Source of the DNA: Candidatus Omnitrophota bacterium
GTDB lineage: Bacteria; Omnitrophota; Omnitrophia; Omnitrophales; Aquincolibacteriaceae
Length of the DNA: 61,950 nt
NCBI GenBank assembly: GCA_023247035.1
Contig: JAHFHG010000007.1
Coordinates: forward strand, 1 to 61,950
Direction: 5' to 3'
Under the pieces are notes generated by a model, which made no database searches, was not told the DNA's origin, and worked only from the letters and a program-made list of their open reading frames with translations. The stretch's first letter is position 1. Each line of letters opens with the position of its first letter. This document shows positions 1-9,736 of this stretch, piece by piece. The translations under genes and the position numbers were made by a program.

Positions 1-266
1 CTTTTTGAAACCTCGTAAGTAAAATCTACGTGCCCCGGCGTATCAATCAAATTAAGGATATAATCTTTATGTTTGATCCGCACGGCGCGGGCCTTGATCG
101 TAATTCCCCGCTCGCGCTCTAAATCCATATCGTCCAGGATCTGCTCGCGAAATTCACGCTTTGAAATCGCTCCCGTATCCAGAAGCAGCCGGTCCGCGAG
201 GGTCGATTTGCCGTGGTCGATATGGGCAATGATGGAAAAATTTCGGATTTTAGAGCGGTCGATCAT
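1..266 (-). CDS. lepA: Elongation factor 4 (LepA), N-terminal fragment; gene runs off the left edge
   Basis: Not in the ORF track because it is truncated. Minus-strand translation from ATG 266-264 gives [28 protein letters not shown]...[16 protein letters not shown]. It has the GTPase G1 (AHIDHGKST) and G3 (DTPGH) boxes and a LepA-type N-terminus. Confidence 0.9.
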   Translation of the reverse strand, partial: MIDRSKIRNFSIIAHIDHGKSTLADRLLLDTGAISKREFREQILDDMDLERERGITIKARAVRIKHKDYILNLIDTPGHVDFTYEVSK

Positions 267-269
267 GAG

Positions 270-941
270 TTAAACCCCGCCGTTTGCGCGAAGCTGCCGG
301 ATCGCCTCGGAACGGTCCTTGGCGGCGAAAATTGCGGTTCCGGCCACAAGAATATCCGTCCCGGCATTGACGGCTTGAGAAGCGGTCTGGGCGTTCACGC
401 CGCCGTCGACTGAAATCAAGCCGTTGAATTTTTTTCTCACGATCCTGACCTTATCCATCATTTCGGGCATAAAGGCCTGCCCTCCGAATCCCGGCTCAAC
501 AGACATAATTAAGACAAGATCCACTTGGAGAAGGAACCCTTCGATTTTCTGAACCGGCGTTTTAGGACGAAGTGAAATCCCCGCCTTGGCTCCGGTTTTT
601 TTCACCGCCTCAAGGGTTTCGCCCACTCGATCGGTGGCTTCAATGTGAATCGTGATCCAGTCGGCCCCGGCTTTTCTGAAATTCTCAAGATACCGCGCGG
701 GCTCCTCAATCATTAAGTGGACATCGAGCGGAAGATGCGTCGCTTTCCGGATCCAGCGGATCACCGGCGGGCCGAGGGTGAGGTTGGGAACAAAATGCCC
801 GTCCATCACATCAACGTGGATCATATCGCAGCCGGCTTTCTCCACATCGCGGATTTCTTCCGCCAGGCGGCTGAAATCCGCCGACAAAATGCTGGGCGCA
901 ACCAAAATTTTCCGCGAATTTTTAGCGTTCATGAATTTCAA
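270..941 (-). CDS. rpe: Ribulose-phosphate 3-epimerase
   Basis: 223-aa ORF with VAPSILSADF, HVDVMDGHFVPN and SVEPGFGGQ motifs of the RPE barrel. The start could instead be ATG 932 (MNAK). Confidence 0.93.
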   Translation of the reverse strand: MKFMNAKNSRKILVAPSILSADFSRLAEEIRDVEKAGCDMIHVDVMDGHFVPNLTLGPPVIRWIRKATHLPLDVHLMIEEPARYLENFRKAGADWITIHIEATDRVGETLEAVKKTGAKAGISLRPKTPVQKIEGFLLQVDLVLIMSVEPGFGGQAFMPEMMDKVRIVRKKFNGLISVDGGVNAQTASQAVNAGTDILVAGTAIFAAKDRSEAIRQLRANGGV

Positions 942-2208
942 AGTCCTCTTGGATGCGTCGTTGAACCTTGGGCGGGAGCGGCCCTATAAGAGCGAAATTT
1001 AAACCGCGATTGACGAAAAGGTTCCGCGCAATATCTTGAAGGTCGCTTCGCTTGACCGACTCTATTTCTTGCCGGATCTTTTCCCGGTCCGGCAGTTCCC
1101 CGTCCAGCGCGCGCTCCCCGACCCAAAGGAGATGATCGAGCGTGTCCTCAATGCCCATATAAAGCTGGCTCATAAAATAATCCTTGGCGCGGCGGAGCTC
1201 GCCTTCGTTGATCCCCTTCCGGCGCAGTTTTTCAAGCTCGCGCAAAATCACGCGAACCGCCTCGGGAGCTTTTCCCGCCTCCACTCCGGCCGAGATGCTC
1301 ACCGAGCCCGTGTCGTGATAAAAGCCGACGCCGGATTTGATCTCATAAGCCAGTCCGCGCTTTTCGCGCACCTCCTCAAAAAGCCGGCTCGACATATTCG
1401 CACCGAGAATAATATTCAAAAGGCCGAGCTTGTAGCGGTCCGGGTGAAACCGCGAGAAACTGCGCATTCCGATCACGAAATGCGTCTGTTCGGTTTGCTT
1501 TTCGACAAAATGAGTCCGCGGCCCGCTTTGCCCTGAAAAGGCTTTGGCGAATTTTGAGACGGGAAGGCGCGATTTTTCCGGAAAAGATTCCCGAACCTGT
1601 TCGACGGTCTTCTCATGATTCACAGGCCCTGAGACGGTCACGATAATATTCTTGGGATGATAAAATTTCTTTTTGTATCCGGTCAGTTCCGTGCGCGTAA
1701 GCCCGGAGACCGTCTCGATCGTCCCGGAAACCGGACGGCCCAGCGGCTGGCCGGGCCATAAAAGCTCTCCCATTAAATCATAGACGTGGTGGGACGGCAG
1801 ATCCCGATACATCTTGATCTCCTCAAGAATCACCGTTCTCTCCTTAGCGATTTCGGCCGCCTCAAGCGTCGCGTGGTTGGTCATATCGGACAACACGTCA
1901 ATGGCTTTCGGAAAATGCCGGACCAGGAGTTTCGCAAAATAGCAAGTGGCCTCTTCTCCCGTGAAGGCATTGAGCATTCCTCCCACTCCTTCAATGTCTT
2001 CTTTGATTTGCCGGGTTGTCCTCTTTTTCGTGCCTTTGAAAAGCATGTGTTCTAAAAAATGAGAAACGCCCGATACCTTTTTGGATTCGTACCGCCCGCC
2101 CGTGCGGACCCAAATCGCGACGGCCGCCGATTCTCGTTCCTGCATCGGGACCGTAACGACTTTCAAACCATTGCCAAGGGTTGTAACCTCATAATTCTGA
2201 CTGCTCAT
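922..2208 (-). CDS. M16 family (pitrilysin-like) zinc peptidase
   Basis: 428 aa with the inverted zincin motif HFLEHMLFKGT (HxxEH) near the N-terminus. ATGA overlap with the ruvX stop. Confidence 0.85.
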   Translation of the reverse strand: MSSQNYEVTTLGNGLKVVTVPMQERESAAVAIWVRTGGRYESKKVSGVSHFLEHMLFKGTKKRTTRQIKEDIEGVGGMLNAFTGEEATCYFAKLLVRHFPKAIDVLSDMTNHATLEAAEIAKERTVILEEIKMYRDLPSHHVYDLMGELLWPGQPLGRPVSGTIETVSGLTRTELTGYKKKFYHPKNIIVTVSGPVNHEKTVEQVRESFPEKSRLPVSKFAKAFSGQSGPRTHFVEKQTEQTHFVIGMRSFSRFHPDRYKLGLLNIILGANMSSRLFEEVREKRGLAYEIKSGVGFYHDTGSVSISAGVEAGKAPEAVRVILRELEKLRRKGINEGELRRAKDYFMSQLYMGIEDTLDHLLWVGERALDGELPDREKIRQEIESVKRSDLQDIARNLFVNRGLNFALIGPLPPKVQRRIQEDFEIHER

Positions 2209-2636
2209 AAGCTTCCTTTCTCAAACCTCATCCGATCCAGATAACTTTGAAGAATGCGCTGCGCCGCAAGCTGGTCGCGGACTTCTTTGCGCCGCCGGCG
2301 GCTTACGTCCGCGGCCAGGAGAATACGCTCGACTTCCTGCGTGCTCAAGCGCTCATCCCAAAAAATCCAGGGCTTATCAATAAACGTTTTGAACCACTCC
2401 ACTTGTTCCGTGACCTTCTTGGCGGCAATGCCGATTTCCCCTTTCAGGGTTTTAGGCATCCCCACGATAATTTTTCCGACGCGATACTGGTCGATCACTT
2501 TTGTAAACTCCGCCAAAACCTGCTCGCGGTTCTTAACCTGGATCGTCGTAAGAGGCATGGCCACGGTTTCGGTCTCGTCACTGATCGAAACTCCGATCCG
2601 TTTCTCGCCGAAATCCAAACCCATCAGCGCGGCCAC
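2205..2636 (-). CDS. ruvX: Putative pre-16S rRNA nuclease / Holliday junction resolvase-like protein YqgF (RuvX)
   Basis: 143 aa. The N-terminal LMGLDFGEKRIGVSISD is typical of the YqgF RNase H-fold family. Confidence 0.85.
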   Translation of the reverse strand: MAALMGLDFGEKRIGVSISDETETVAMPLTTIQVKNREQVLAEFTKVIDQYRVGKIIVGMPKTLKGEIGIAAKKVTEQVEWFKTFIDKPWIFWDERLSTQEVERILLAADVSRRRRKEVRDQLAAQRILQSYLDRMRFEKGSL

Positions 2637-2637
2637 C

Positions 2638-3438
2638 TTAAACTTTTCCTTTCAGCGCGCGGGCCATTTGTTTCACAAATCCGGCGACCGGTTCCGCCCG
2701 CCCTCCGCTTTTGCGGATCTTTTCGACAATCGCGCTTCCGACAATAATGCCGTCACTTAATGCTCCCAGCGCTTTGGCGTGCTCAGGAGACGATATGCCG
2801 AAGCCGATCAAGATTGGTTTTTTGATGAGGGGCCGGATCCGGGACAGGTTTTTCCGGATATCGTCCGCCAGGGCCTTGCGCGCGCCCGTGACTCCCCGCA
2901 AAGAAACATAATAAACGAACCCTTGCGATTTTCGCGCGATCAAACGGACCCTTTTCGTTTCGGTCGTAGGCGCGACCAAATAAATCTGATAAAGCCCTTG
3001 AAGCCGGCACGCGCGGCTTAACGGCTTTTCTTCTTCCGGCAAAAGGTCCGGGACAATCAATCCATCAAATCCGGCTTCTTTGATTTTCGCGCTAAAGCGT
3101 TCAATCCCGTAGTGGTAAATGGGATTTAAGTAGCCGAAGAAAATAATTGGAATCTCGCAGCCCTTGCGGCGCAGGCGTTTGACAAGCGCAAAAGCATCCT
3201 TGAATTGAACTCCCCGGCGGAGCGCGGCCTCGGAAGAAAATTGAATCGTAGGGCCGTCGGCCAGAGGATCGGAAAAAGGAAAACCCAGTTCAATCATATC
3301 CGCGCCCGCGCGAGCGATTTTTTCGATCAGCTTTTCGGTAAACGGCAAGCTGGGATAGCCCAGGGTCACAAAAGCGCAGAAAAGCTTACCGCCTTGTTTC
3401 TGAGCCCGCTTGATTTGTTTCAGAATTCTATTCTGCAT
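2638..3438 (-). CDS. trpA: Tryptophan synthase alpha chain
   Basis: 266 aa with IELGFPFSDPLADGPTIQ and LIGFGIS motifs. Lies directly downstream of trpB. Confidence 0.93.
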   Translation of the reverse strand: MQNRILKQIKRAQKQGGKLFCAFVTLGYPSLPFTEKLIEKIARAGADMIELGFPFSDPLADGPTIQFSSEAALRRGVQFKDAFALVKRLRRKGCEIPIIFFGYLNPIYHYGIERFSAKIKEAGFDGLIVPDLLPEEEKPLSRACRLQGLYQIYLVAPTTETKRVRLIARKSQGFVYYVSLRGVTGARKALADDIRKNLSRIRPLIKKPILIGFGISSPEHAKALGALSDGIIVGSAIVEKIRKSGGRAEPVAGFVKQMARALKGKV

Positions 3439-3503
3439 TCATTTTCCAATTCTAAGGAGGGATTTAAAAAGGAAAGAATAGCAAATTAAAAAGAGAGAGG
3501 GAA

Positions 3504-4742
3504 TTAAACTTTCTCACGATTCCTTTTCCTCTTTCCCGGATCGCTGCCCGAGATTCCTTTCTCAAAGGCTTTTCTGACCGCAGGAATGTCCTTATCGCCG
3601 CGGCCGGAAAGGCAAAGAGCGACGATTTCGTTCCGTTTTGTTTTCCGGATCCACCGTTTCAAGAAACCGAGGGCGTGGGAAGGCTCAAGGGCCGGCATAA
3701 TACCTTCCAGCTCGGTCAGCAGCTTGAATCCTTCAAGGGCCTCACGATCCGTCACGGTCTCATACTTGACCCGTCCAGAATCTTTCAGATAAGAATGTTC
3801 CGGCCCCACGGAAGGATAATCCAAGCCCGCCGAAATGGAATGCGCCGGCTCCACCTGGCCGTCGCGATTCTGCAATAAATAGCTTTTCATCCCGTGCAGG
3901 ATCCCGGCCGAGCCTTTGGTCAGCGAAGCCGCGTGCCGCTTGGTATTCAAGCCTTGGCCCGCAGCCTCGATTCCCACAAGCTTGACCTTCCGCTCTTTGA
4001 GAAAGGGATAAAAGAAACCGATCGAATTACTGCCGCCGCCGACGCACGCGATAAGATAATCGGGCAGCCGCTTCCAGTTTTTCAGGAAAAAACTTTTTGT
4101 CTCTTTTCCGATAATGGACTGAAAATCCCTGACCATCGCCGGATACGGGTGGGGCCCGACCACGGAACCCAAAAGATAGTGCGTTGTTTCCACATTCGCC
4201 ACCCAATCGCGGATCGCCTCGTTGGTGGCGTCTTTTAAAGTCCGCGAGCCGGAATGAACGGGAATGACTTCAGCGCCCAGGAGTTTCATTTTATAGACGT
4301 TGAGCGCCTGGCGCTCGATATCTTCTTCCCCCATATAAACCACGCACTCGAGGCCGAAAACGCAGGCCGCGGTCGCGCTGGCCACGCCGTGCTGTCCCGC
4401 CCCGGTCTCGGCAACGATCCGGCGCTTGCCGAGCTTTTTGGCCAGGAGCCCCTGCGCCAAAGTATTATTGATCTTGTGCGCGCCGGTGTGGCAAAGGTCT
4501 TCGCGCTTGAGAAAAATACGGGCCCGTCCGAAATGCCGCGTCAGATTTTTCGCCTCGTAAACGGGCGTGGGCCGGCCGGCGTAATCCTCAAGATACGCCC
4601 TTAACTCTTCCTGGAATTTGCGGTCTTTCTTTAGGAGTTTGTAACTGCGCGTAAGCTCTTCGAGGGCTTTTACAAGAGTTTCGGGGACGTAGCGTCCTCC
4701 GTAAATTCCAAAATGGCCGGCGCGATCCGGAAGCGTCTTCAT
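3504..4742 (-). CDS. trpB: Tryptophan synthase beta chain
   Basis: ORF-track start 4817 trimmed to ATG 4742 ([23 protein letters not shown]), which forms an ATGA overlap with the upstream stop. Has the PLP-lysine motif HTGAHKINN and GGGSNSIG. Confidence 0.93.
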   Translation of the reverse strand: MKTLPDRAGHFGIYGGRYVPETLVKALEELTRSYKLLKKDRKFQEELRAYLEDYAGRPTPVYEAKNLTRHFGRARIFLKREDLCHTGAHKINNTLAQGLLAKKLGKRRIVAETGAGQHGVASATAACVFGLECVVYMGEEDIERQALNVYKMKLLGAEVIPVHSGSRTLKDATNEAIRDWVANVETTHYLLGSVVGPHPYPAMVRDFQSIIGKETKSFFLKNWKRLPDYLIACVGGGSNSIGFFYPFLKERKVKLVGIEAAGQGLNTKRHAASLTKGSAGILHGMKSYLLQNRDGQVEPAHSISAGLDYPSVGPEHSYLKDSGRVKYETVTDREALEGFKLLTELEGIMPALEPSHALGFLKRWIRKTKRNEIVALCLSGRGDKDIPAVRKAFEKGISGSDPGKRKRNREKV

Positions 4743-5554
4743 TTTAAACGAATCTCCGCAATGTGCTGATTGTCCATCCAGCCGCTTTCCCCGTTGACAA
4801 GCAGAACGCGGCTCCAATCCGCGCGGCGGTCGACCACGTAGACCTTAAGCCCTTCCCTCAGCCGCACGGCGACCTGGTCCCCTTCCGAAGGGCCGTAACG
4901 GACCGGCGCCTCCTTGACCATCACAATGGCGGAACGGATAAAATGGTTCTGAATGTTTTTAGCAGCCCCCAAAGCCGCAAAAAGCAAAAATAGGGCGAGC
5001 AGCAATTTCCTTGGCCAGCCCCAAGGCGGCGCGCCGCGGAAGAAAAGAGAAACGGCCCAGCCCGTCATCAGGAGGAAGAACGCGAAGAGGGCCGCAAACC
5101 CGATTTCTTTTTCCGAAAAATAACTGAGAAATTTTTCACCCGCCTGAACGTACCCGCTGCGTTTGTCTTCAATACGGTATTCCAGCGAATCCTGAAGGTA
5201 TCTCAGATTATGGCGAATATCCGGGTCCCTCGGCTCAAGCCATTTGGCGCGCTCGTAGGCCAGGATCGCCTCGCCTAAATTTCCAAGCCGGAAGCGGGCG
5301 TTTCCCAAATTGTAAAACAAAACAGGGTCCGAAGATTTCTGCGCCAGGGATTGATACCCCTCAAGGGCCTTCGGGAACCGCCCTTGCCGGTAATCCTGAT
5401 TGGCCTTCTCAAAGGCCTTTAAATCTTGCGCTTCCCAAGCCAAGCCGATTCTTCCTGCGGCAAAAAGGGAGATCAAAAATAGTGCCCCAAATCCAAGAAT
5501 CACCGCAGCCCGATTTGAAAATTGGCCGCGGCCTGTAAAATTTAGTCTACTCAT
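4739..5554 (-). CDS. BatE-like membrane protein (TPR repeats plus C-terminal SH3b-like domain)
   Basis: 271 aa. It has an N-terminal TM segment, TPR repeats ([30 protein letters not shown]), further hydrophobic helices and a C-terminal SH3b-like stretch ([24 protein letters not shown]...WSRV). 4-nt overlap with the BatD-like gene. Confidence 0.6.
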   Translation of the reverse strand: MSRLNFTGRGQFSNRAAVILGFGALFLISLFAAGRIGLAWEAQDLKAFEKANQDYRQGRFPKALEGYQSLAQKSSDPVLFYNLGNARFRLGNLGEAILAYERAKWLEPRDPDIRHNLRYLQDSLEYRIEDKRSGYVQAGEKFLSYFSEKEIGFAALFAFFLLMTGWAVSLFFRGAPPWGWPRKLLLALFLLFAALGAAKNIQNHFIRSAIVMVKEAPVRYGPSEGDQVAVRLREGLKVYVVDRRADWSRVLLVNGESGWMDNQHIAEIRLK

Positions 5555-7491
5555 TTTCCGGCCTTTTCCACCCGCGAAATCACCTCGCGCAGGATTTTCA
5601 GGGCTTTATGCCGGGCATCGGCCGGCACGCTGCCTTTTCCGAACCGGGACTCCTCCGAGAGTTTATAAAGCTCAAGCACGTCCGCAAAAAGAGGATCGCC
5701 GGAGCCGAAAATTTCGTGCAGTTTGTTTTCAATCTCAAAACGCGTGATCCCGTGCGTCGACAAATTGAATTTATCGGAAAGGTAACGGGTCAAAATTTTT
5801 TCAGCTTCCTCAAAATAAAGAGAGATGTCTTTTTCGGAGCGCAGCCGGTTTCTGAGACGGCGGATACGCGACTCGGCTTGGGAACGGGCGAAACGCCGCC
5901 TCCGCAAGGCATGATCCTTAATATAAATTTCCTCCTGCCGCCGGCGTAGGAGGCCTGCACTCGCGAGGAAAATCAAGAGGGTATTTAAAACGGCCAAGAT
6001 TTTGACCCCGAAATCTAAAAATTTTTCCACACTCCGGTCCGTAAGACGTTCCCGGATATAATGAATATCTTTGGCCTCAAGCTGGATTTCTCTTTTGAAG
6101 GCCTCCTGTCCGCTCAAATTCTTGGGAAGTTTGAAGGTTTGTTCCGAGGGAGCCGCACGGATTGGAAATTCGGGCGTTTTTAAGACCTGATAGGACGCGG
6201 TAACAGGATTAAAGAAACTAAACTCGAACGAAGGGATTGTTAACTGCCCCGCTTCCGCCGGAATAAAAACCACTTCAAAAGTTTTCCGTCCTCCGATGAC
6301 ATTGCCTGTTTTGAAAAGCTGCGAGGACGTGTCCGCGTCATAAATTTTAAACCTGGGGATTTCCGCGATCTTCGGCTTATTGAGCGTTTCAATATTGCCT
6401 TCGCCTTCCAGGACAAGTTTCATCGTCACCGGTTCATTCTGCTTGACGGCGCTCTTATCGATCGCAGCCGAAAGGCGGAAATTTCCGACAGCGCCCTGGA
6501 AACTTGCGGGTTTTCCTTTCTCGGGAAACGGAATGATTTTGATTTCAATAGGCGGAGGCTTCAGCACGCGCTCCTCGCGGCGCGAAAAAAATCCCCCTCC
6601 TCCCGAAAAAAAACTGTCGTTGAAAAATTCATCGAAAATGCTTGTGGTTTCGGGCTCCTGCCGGATGGTGACCTTAAGGGTTCCCGGCTCGATCGTGTAA
6701 TCCGCCGGCGTGGTGGGAAAAAGCGCCATCTTTTTCACATCCGCTTTGATGTAGCGTTTGTCATTAAAACGCACCGTCTCGCGCCGGATGTCCCGCTCCA
6801 TCGGGAACTCTTCGATCCAGAATCCGCTGACCTGGGGTTCTTTCTCAAATCCCTCGTAGCGGGTGTCGTAGCGCGTATAGAGGGAATAGGTAAGAAAAAT
6901 TTGTTCATTAGGATAGGCGGTGGTCTTATCCGTCCAAGCCCGGACAAAAATATTGTCGTCGCCCGGCTGAAAGGAAGGAGGCGGTTCTTGCGCCGGCGCA
7001 GGCAAAGCGGCAAAGGGGTCCGGAAGCGGCTGATAACTTGGCGCGGACGAAGGAGGCGGCGCCGCTTGGCCGGGGAGTTGGCCTGGATTTTCGTGGATGT
7101 CGATTTCGACCGGTTCCGTCGTGAATTTACGGGAGCCGGCTAAGACCTCAATAGGCGCAAGGGTAAAATGCCCTTTTTCCCTCGGTGCCAGCACGTAACT
7201 AAATTCAACGCTGGAATTGGATTGTCCGTTAATAAAAGTAATATGCGAAGCCCGGCCCGTATAAAAAGTATCGAATCCCTTAAAGGCCGGCAGGCGCGGG
7301 GCCTGGATATTTCCCTGGGCGCCGGTGATCCGGATATTGAGGTGGATTTCCTCGCCGACTTGCGCCGAGCGTTTGTCGACGGCAGAATTGACTTGAATCT
7401 CTTCGGACCAAGCCTTGGGAAGGCTCGCCAATAAACAAAAAAGAAAAATCAAATTCCGCCTCATGATGGATTTCATTCTATAAGGAATCAT
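5551..7491 (-). CDS. BatD-like (oxygen-tolerance family) envelope protein
   Basis: 646 aa. It has a signal peptide, a beta-rich ectodomain, a Pro-rich linker, a late TM helix (ILAVLNTLLIFLASAGLL) and a basic cytoplasmic tail. The architecture is recalled from the BatD family, not searched. Confidence 0.6.
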   Translation of the reverse strand: MIPYRMKSIMRRNLIFLFCLLASLPKAWSEEIQVNSAVDKRSAQVGEEIHLNIRITGAQGNIQAPRLPAFKGFDTFYTGRASHITFINGQSNSSVEFSYVLAPREKGHFTLAPIEVLAGSRKFTTEPVEIDIHENPGQLPGQAAPPPSSAPSYQPLPDPFAALPAPAQEPPPSFQPGDDNIFVRAWTDKTTAYPNEQIFLTYSLYTRYDTRYEGFEKEPQVSGFWIEEFPMERDIRRETVRFNDKRYIKADVKKMALFPTTPADYTIEPGTLKVTIRQEPETTSIFDEFFNDSFFSGGGGFFSRREERVLKPPPIEIKIIPFPEKGKPASFQGAVGNFRLSAAIDKSAVKQNEPVTMKLVLEGEGNIETLNKPKIAEIPRFKIYDADTSSQLFKTGNVIGGRKTFEVVFIPAEAGQLTIPSFEFSFFNPVTASYQVLKTPEFPIRAAPSEQTFKLPKNLSGQEAFKREIQLEAKDIHYIRERLTDRSVEKFLDFGVKILAVLNTLLIFLASAGLLRRRQEEIYIKDHALRRRRFARSQAESRIRRLRNRLRSEKDISLYFEEAEKILTRYLSDKFNLSTHGITRFEIENKLHEIFGSGDPLFADVLELYKLSEESRFGKGSVPADARHKALKILREVISRVEKAGK

Positions 7492-8447
7492 CCTAAGACG
7501 TCAAACAATGAGTGAAACAGCGGATACTGGCTCTGCATTTTGGACACAAGACGCGCTAAAGACTCAGGGTTCCTCACCTTTGCCGACAAGGTAATCCCCT
7601 CCTCTTCGAACGCCGAAGGAGCGCGTACCGAGAGATCCTCAAACCGGCCTTCAATACGGCGCAGCGAAATTTCGAACTTTTTCTCCCGCTCCGCAAGCTG
7701 CGGGAATCTCAGGGCGCGAACCGCCTGATAAAAATGTTCGGCCTTCCCCCGCCGGTCCGGACTTGGATGCTCCAAAAATTTCTCGAGCTCCGTATTTTTT
7801 AAATAGCTCTTAAGGTCCGTATGATTCATTTTTAGAAGATCGCTCAACCATTCGGAGACTTGCAAAAGTTGATTCGCGGTCAACGCAGCCTTTCGGGCAA
7901 TCGCGCAAGCAAAAATATCCTGGTCGGCGGCGCTGAATCTCAGTAACGCCTGAACGCCGCGAAAAGGCAGTTCGCCGGCGGCGGCGAGATCAAGCAAATC
8001 CGGCTGAAGGCCTGCGATTTTGAGATAACGTTCATAAATCCCGCGTTCAGGCGCGAGGCCCAAAATAGGCAGGATCTCTTGGAGGATGGTCTCTTCATCC
8101 AGCAAAAAATCCTGCTTGGCCCGGCGGATCGACCAAGCCTTGTCAATCTCTGAAGCGAACCGGTCCCAATTGGAAAAAAGCGCAAGGAAAAACAGATCCT
8201 TTTTCGGAGCCGGGCGGGCGGGCAACTCAAGGACCGGGATTTTGCGGATCTCCCCGGCCCCAGCCGCGATCAAACGTTTATGGCCGGCAACGAGAACCCT
8301 ATCGCAGGTTACGACCAAAGGATTCCGTATCCCGTATCGGGCAACGGATTCCTTAAGCCGCTCGTCGCTAAGACGATACCGCGTTCTAAAAGGAAATTCC
8401 CTGCCGACTTCCTCAATCCCGATTATTTTATAAACGTAGCTTTCCAT
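7488..8447 (-). CDS. ParB/Srx N-terminal-domain protein (ParB paralogue-like)
   Basis: 319 aa. A ParB-N-like segment (RLKESVARYGIRNPLVV...VLVAGHKRLIAAG) is followed by a ParB-like helical region (YLKIAGLQPDLLDLAAAGELPFRGVQALL). The canonical GERRxR box reads GHKRL. Confidence 0.55.
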   Translation of the reverse strand: MESYVYKIIGIEEVGREFPFRTRYRLSDERLKESVARYGIRNPLVVTCDRVLVAGHKRLIAAGAGEIRKIPVLELPARPAPKKDLFFLALFSNWDRFASEIDKAWSIRRAKQDFLLDEETILQEILPILGLAPERGIYERYLKIAGLQPDLLDLAAAGELPFRGVQALLRFSAADQDIFACAIARKAALTANQLLQVSEWLSDLLKMNHTDLKSYLKNTELEKFLEHPSPDRRGKAEHFYQAVRALRFPQLAEREKKFEISLRRIEGRFEDLSVRAPSAFEEEGITLSAKVRNPESLARLVSKMQSQYPLFHSLFDVLG

Positions 8448-9736
8448 TCTTTTTCCAGATAAACCGGCGAAACCTTCAACGCGGAGCCAAGAGCTTCGTC
8501 GCTGTCTTTGCCCTTCGAGAGCTCCGTTAATATTTGTTTGATCCTGAACATTCCGTACCGTGTGATCAGATAATTCACGAAATGAAACGACTGCTGATAG
8601 AAGAGCGCCACGCGCGCGGGATCATTTAAAGATGCGGTTGCGGCCTGGCTCATGAGCTGGTCCAAAGGAAACAGCGTTTGAGCCGCCGCGGCCGATTGAA
8701 AAACCGCAAGATCCAGCGCCTTGATCTTATTCTCCTCATATTCCGCAAGGCCTTCATTGAGCCACGCAGGCGCGCGCAGCTTGCTCATGGCCGCCACAAA
8801 AGCGTGGGTGACTTCATGGGCCGCCAGCGCCCTCAAATCCAGATCCTTAAAACCCTGGCGGTTAATCGGCATCCGGATCTTGCCGTCGTAGACCCCGGCG
8901 ACCCAGTGCGGAAGCCGTGTAATCTCCTTAAAATCTTTTTCGTCGTAGAGAAGGACCGCCACCTGATGATTAAAGTAATAAGCAAAATCCTTCGAGTGAT
9001 TTAAGTAAGTCGCCCTCAAGAGTTCCCGCAATTCAAATCCGCGGTCGTTCTGCTTTTCCTTGAAATATTTAATGAGAAAATGTTCCTCTTGATACGTCGA
9101 AAGCCTCTTTTCCACCACAGTCTCGCCCTGCAGCTTTTCTAATTTTTCTTTGAGCTCAGGCTTGGGATTCAAATGATACGCAATTTCGAAATTCGCCTTG
9201 GCCGAGGCGAGCTTCTGTTCGCGATTATCGATTTCCCCCAAGAGCTCATAAGCCAGCGGATTAGCATGATCCCGGCCCAGCGAATCCTGAACAGCCTTCC
9301 GCGCAAGATCGAACTCGTTTTTTTCAAAATGTTCAATGCCCTGATTCAAAAATTCAACGGCAACCGAGGTCTTGGGCAGGGCCGCTTGATCAGGGTCCTT
9401 TAAAAAGAACCCCAAAATTTCCACCTTTTGCCGGCGCTCAAGCAGCTCCTCCGCGGCCGTTTTTTTCTCTTCCGCCGCCATTCCAGGTGAAAATGAACAC
9501 GCGAAGAGGAGAGAAAGTGAACCGCCGCAGACTACGGCGGATATTTTGTTTCTTAAATGGGCGAGCGTCTTAAATAGGAACTCCCTGCCTGTCCGCCGGG
9601 CAGGCGAATTTTGAAATTCAAAACCAACTCGAACGAACCCAATCCGAATGCCCCCAAAGCAGGTTGGGAACATTGAAAAATTCGAGCTTCTGATTTGTTT
9701 CGGATTTCGGGTTTCGGGTTTGTCGTTCGAATTCAT
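8423..9736 (-). CDS. MA-clan zinc peptidase-like protein with TPR region (5' end uncertain)
   Basis: 437-aa ORF with HEVTHAF followed by NEGLAEYEE (HExxH plus a downstream Glu) and TPR-like helices. A lipobox-like LSLLFAC sits at residues 74-80 of the full ORF. The only upstream ATGs are at 9736 and 9673. Confidence 0.55.
   Translation of the reverse strand: MNSNDKPETRNPKQIRSSNFSMFPTCFGGIRIGFVRVGFEFQNSPARRTGREFLFKTLAHLRNKISAVVCGGSLSLLFACSFSPGMAAEEKKTAAEELLERRQKVEILGFFLKDPDQAALPKTSVAVEFLNQGIEHFEKNEFDLARKAVQDSLGRDHANPLAYELLGEIDNREQKLASAKANFEIAYHLNPKPELKEKLEKLQGETVVEKRLSTYQEEHFLIKYFKEKQNDRGFELRELLRATYLNHSKDFAYYFNHQVAVLLYDEKDFKEITRLPHWVAGVYDGKIRMPINRQGFKDLDLRALAAHEVTHAFVAAMSKLRAPAWLNEGLAEYEENKIKALDLAVFQSAAAAQTLFPLDQLMSQAATASLNDPARVALFYQQSFHFVNYLITRYGMFRIKQILTELSKGKDSDEALGSALKVSPVYLEKEWKATFIK

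Noticed and set aside
3504-4817. Long N-terminal extensions in the ORF track for trpB (to 4817), M48 protease (to 11104), EEP protein (to 11699), acyltransferase (to 16435), kinase (to 31038), trpG (to 34234), alaS (to 43208), PC4-like (to 45135), plsY (to 45951) and fabD (to 53350).
   Set aside because: In each case an internal ATG gives the conserved family N-terminus and a typical ATGA or short junction with the upstream gene. The extensions overlap the upstream coding sequence and have non-protein-like composition.
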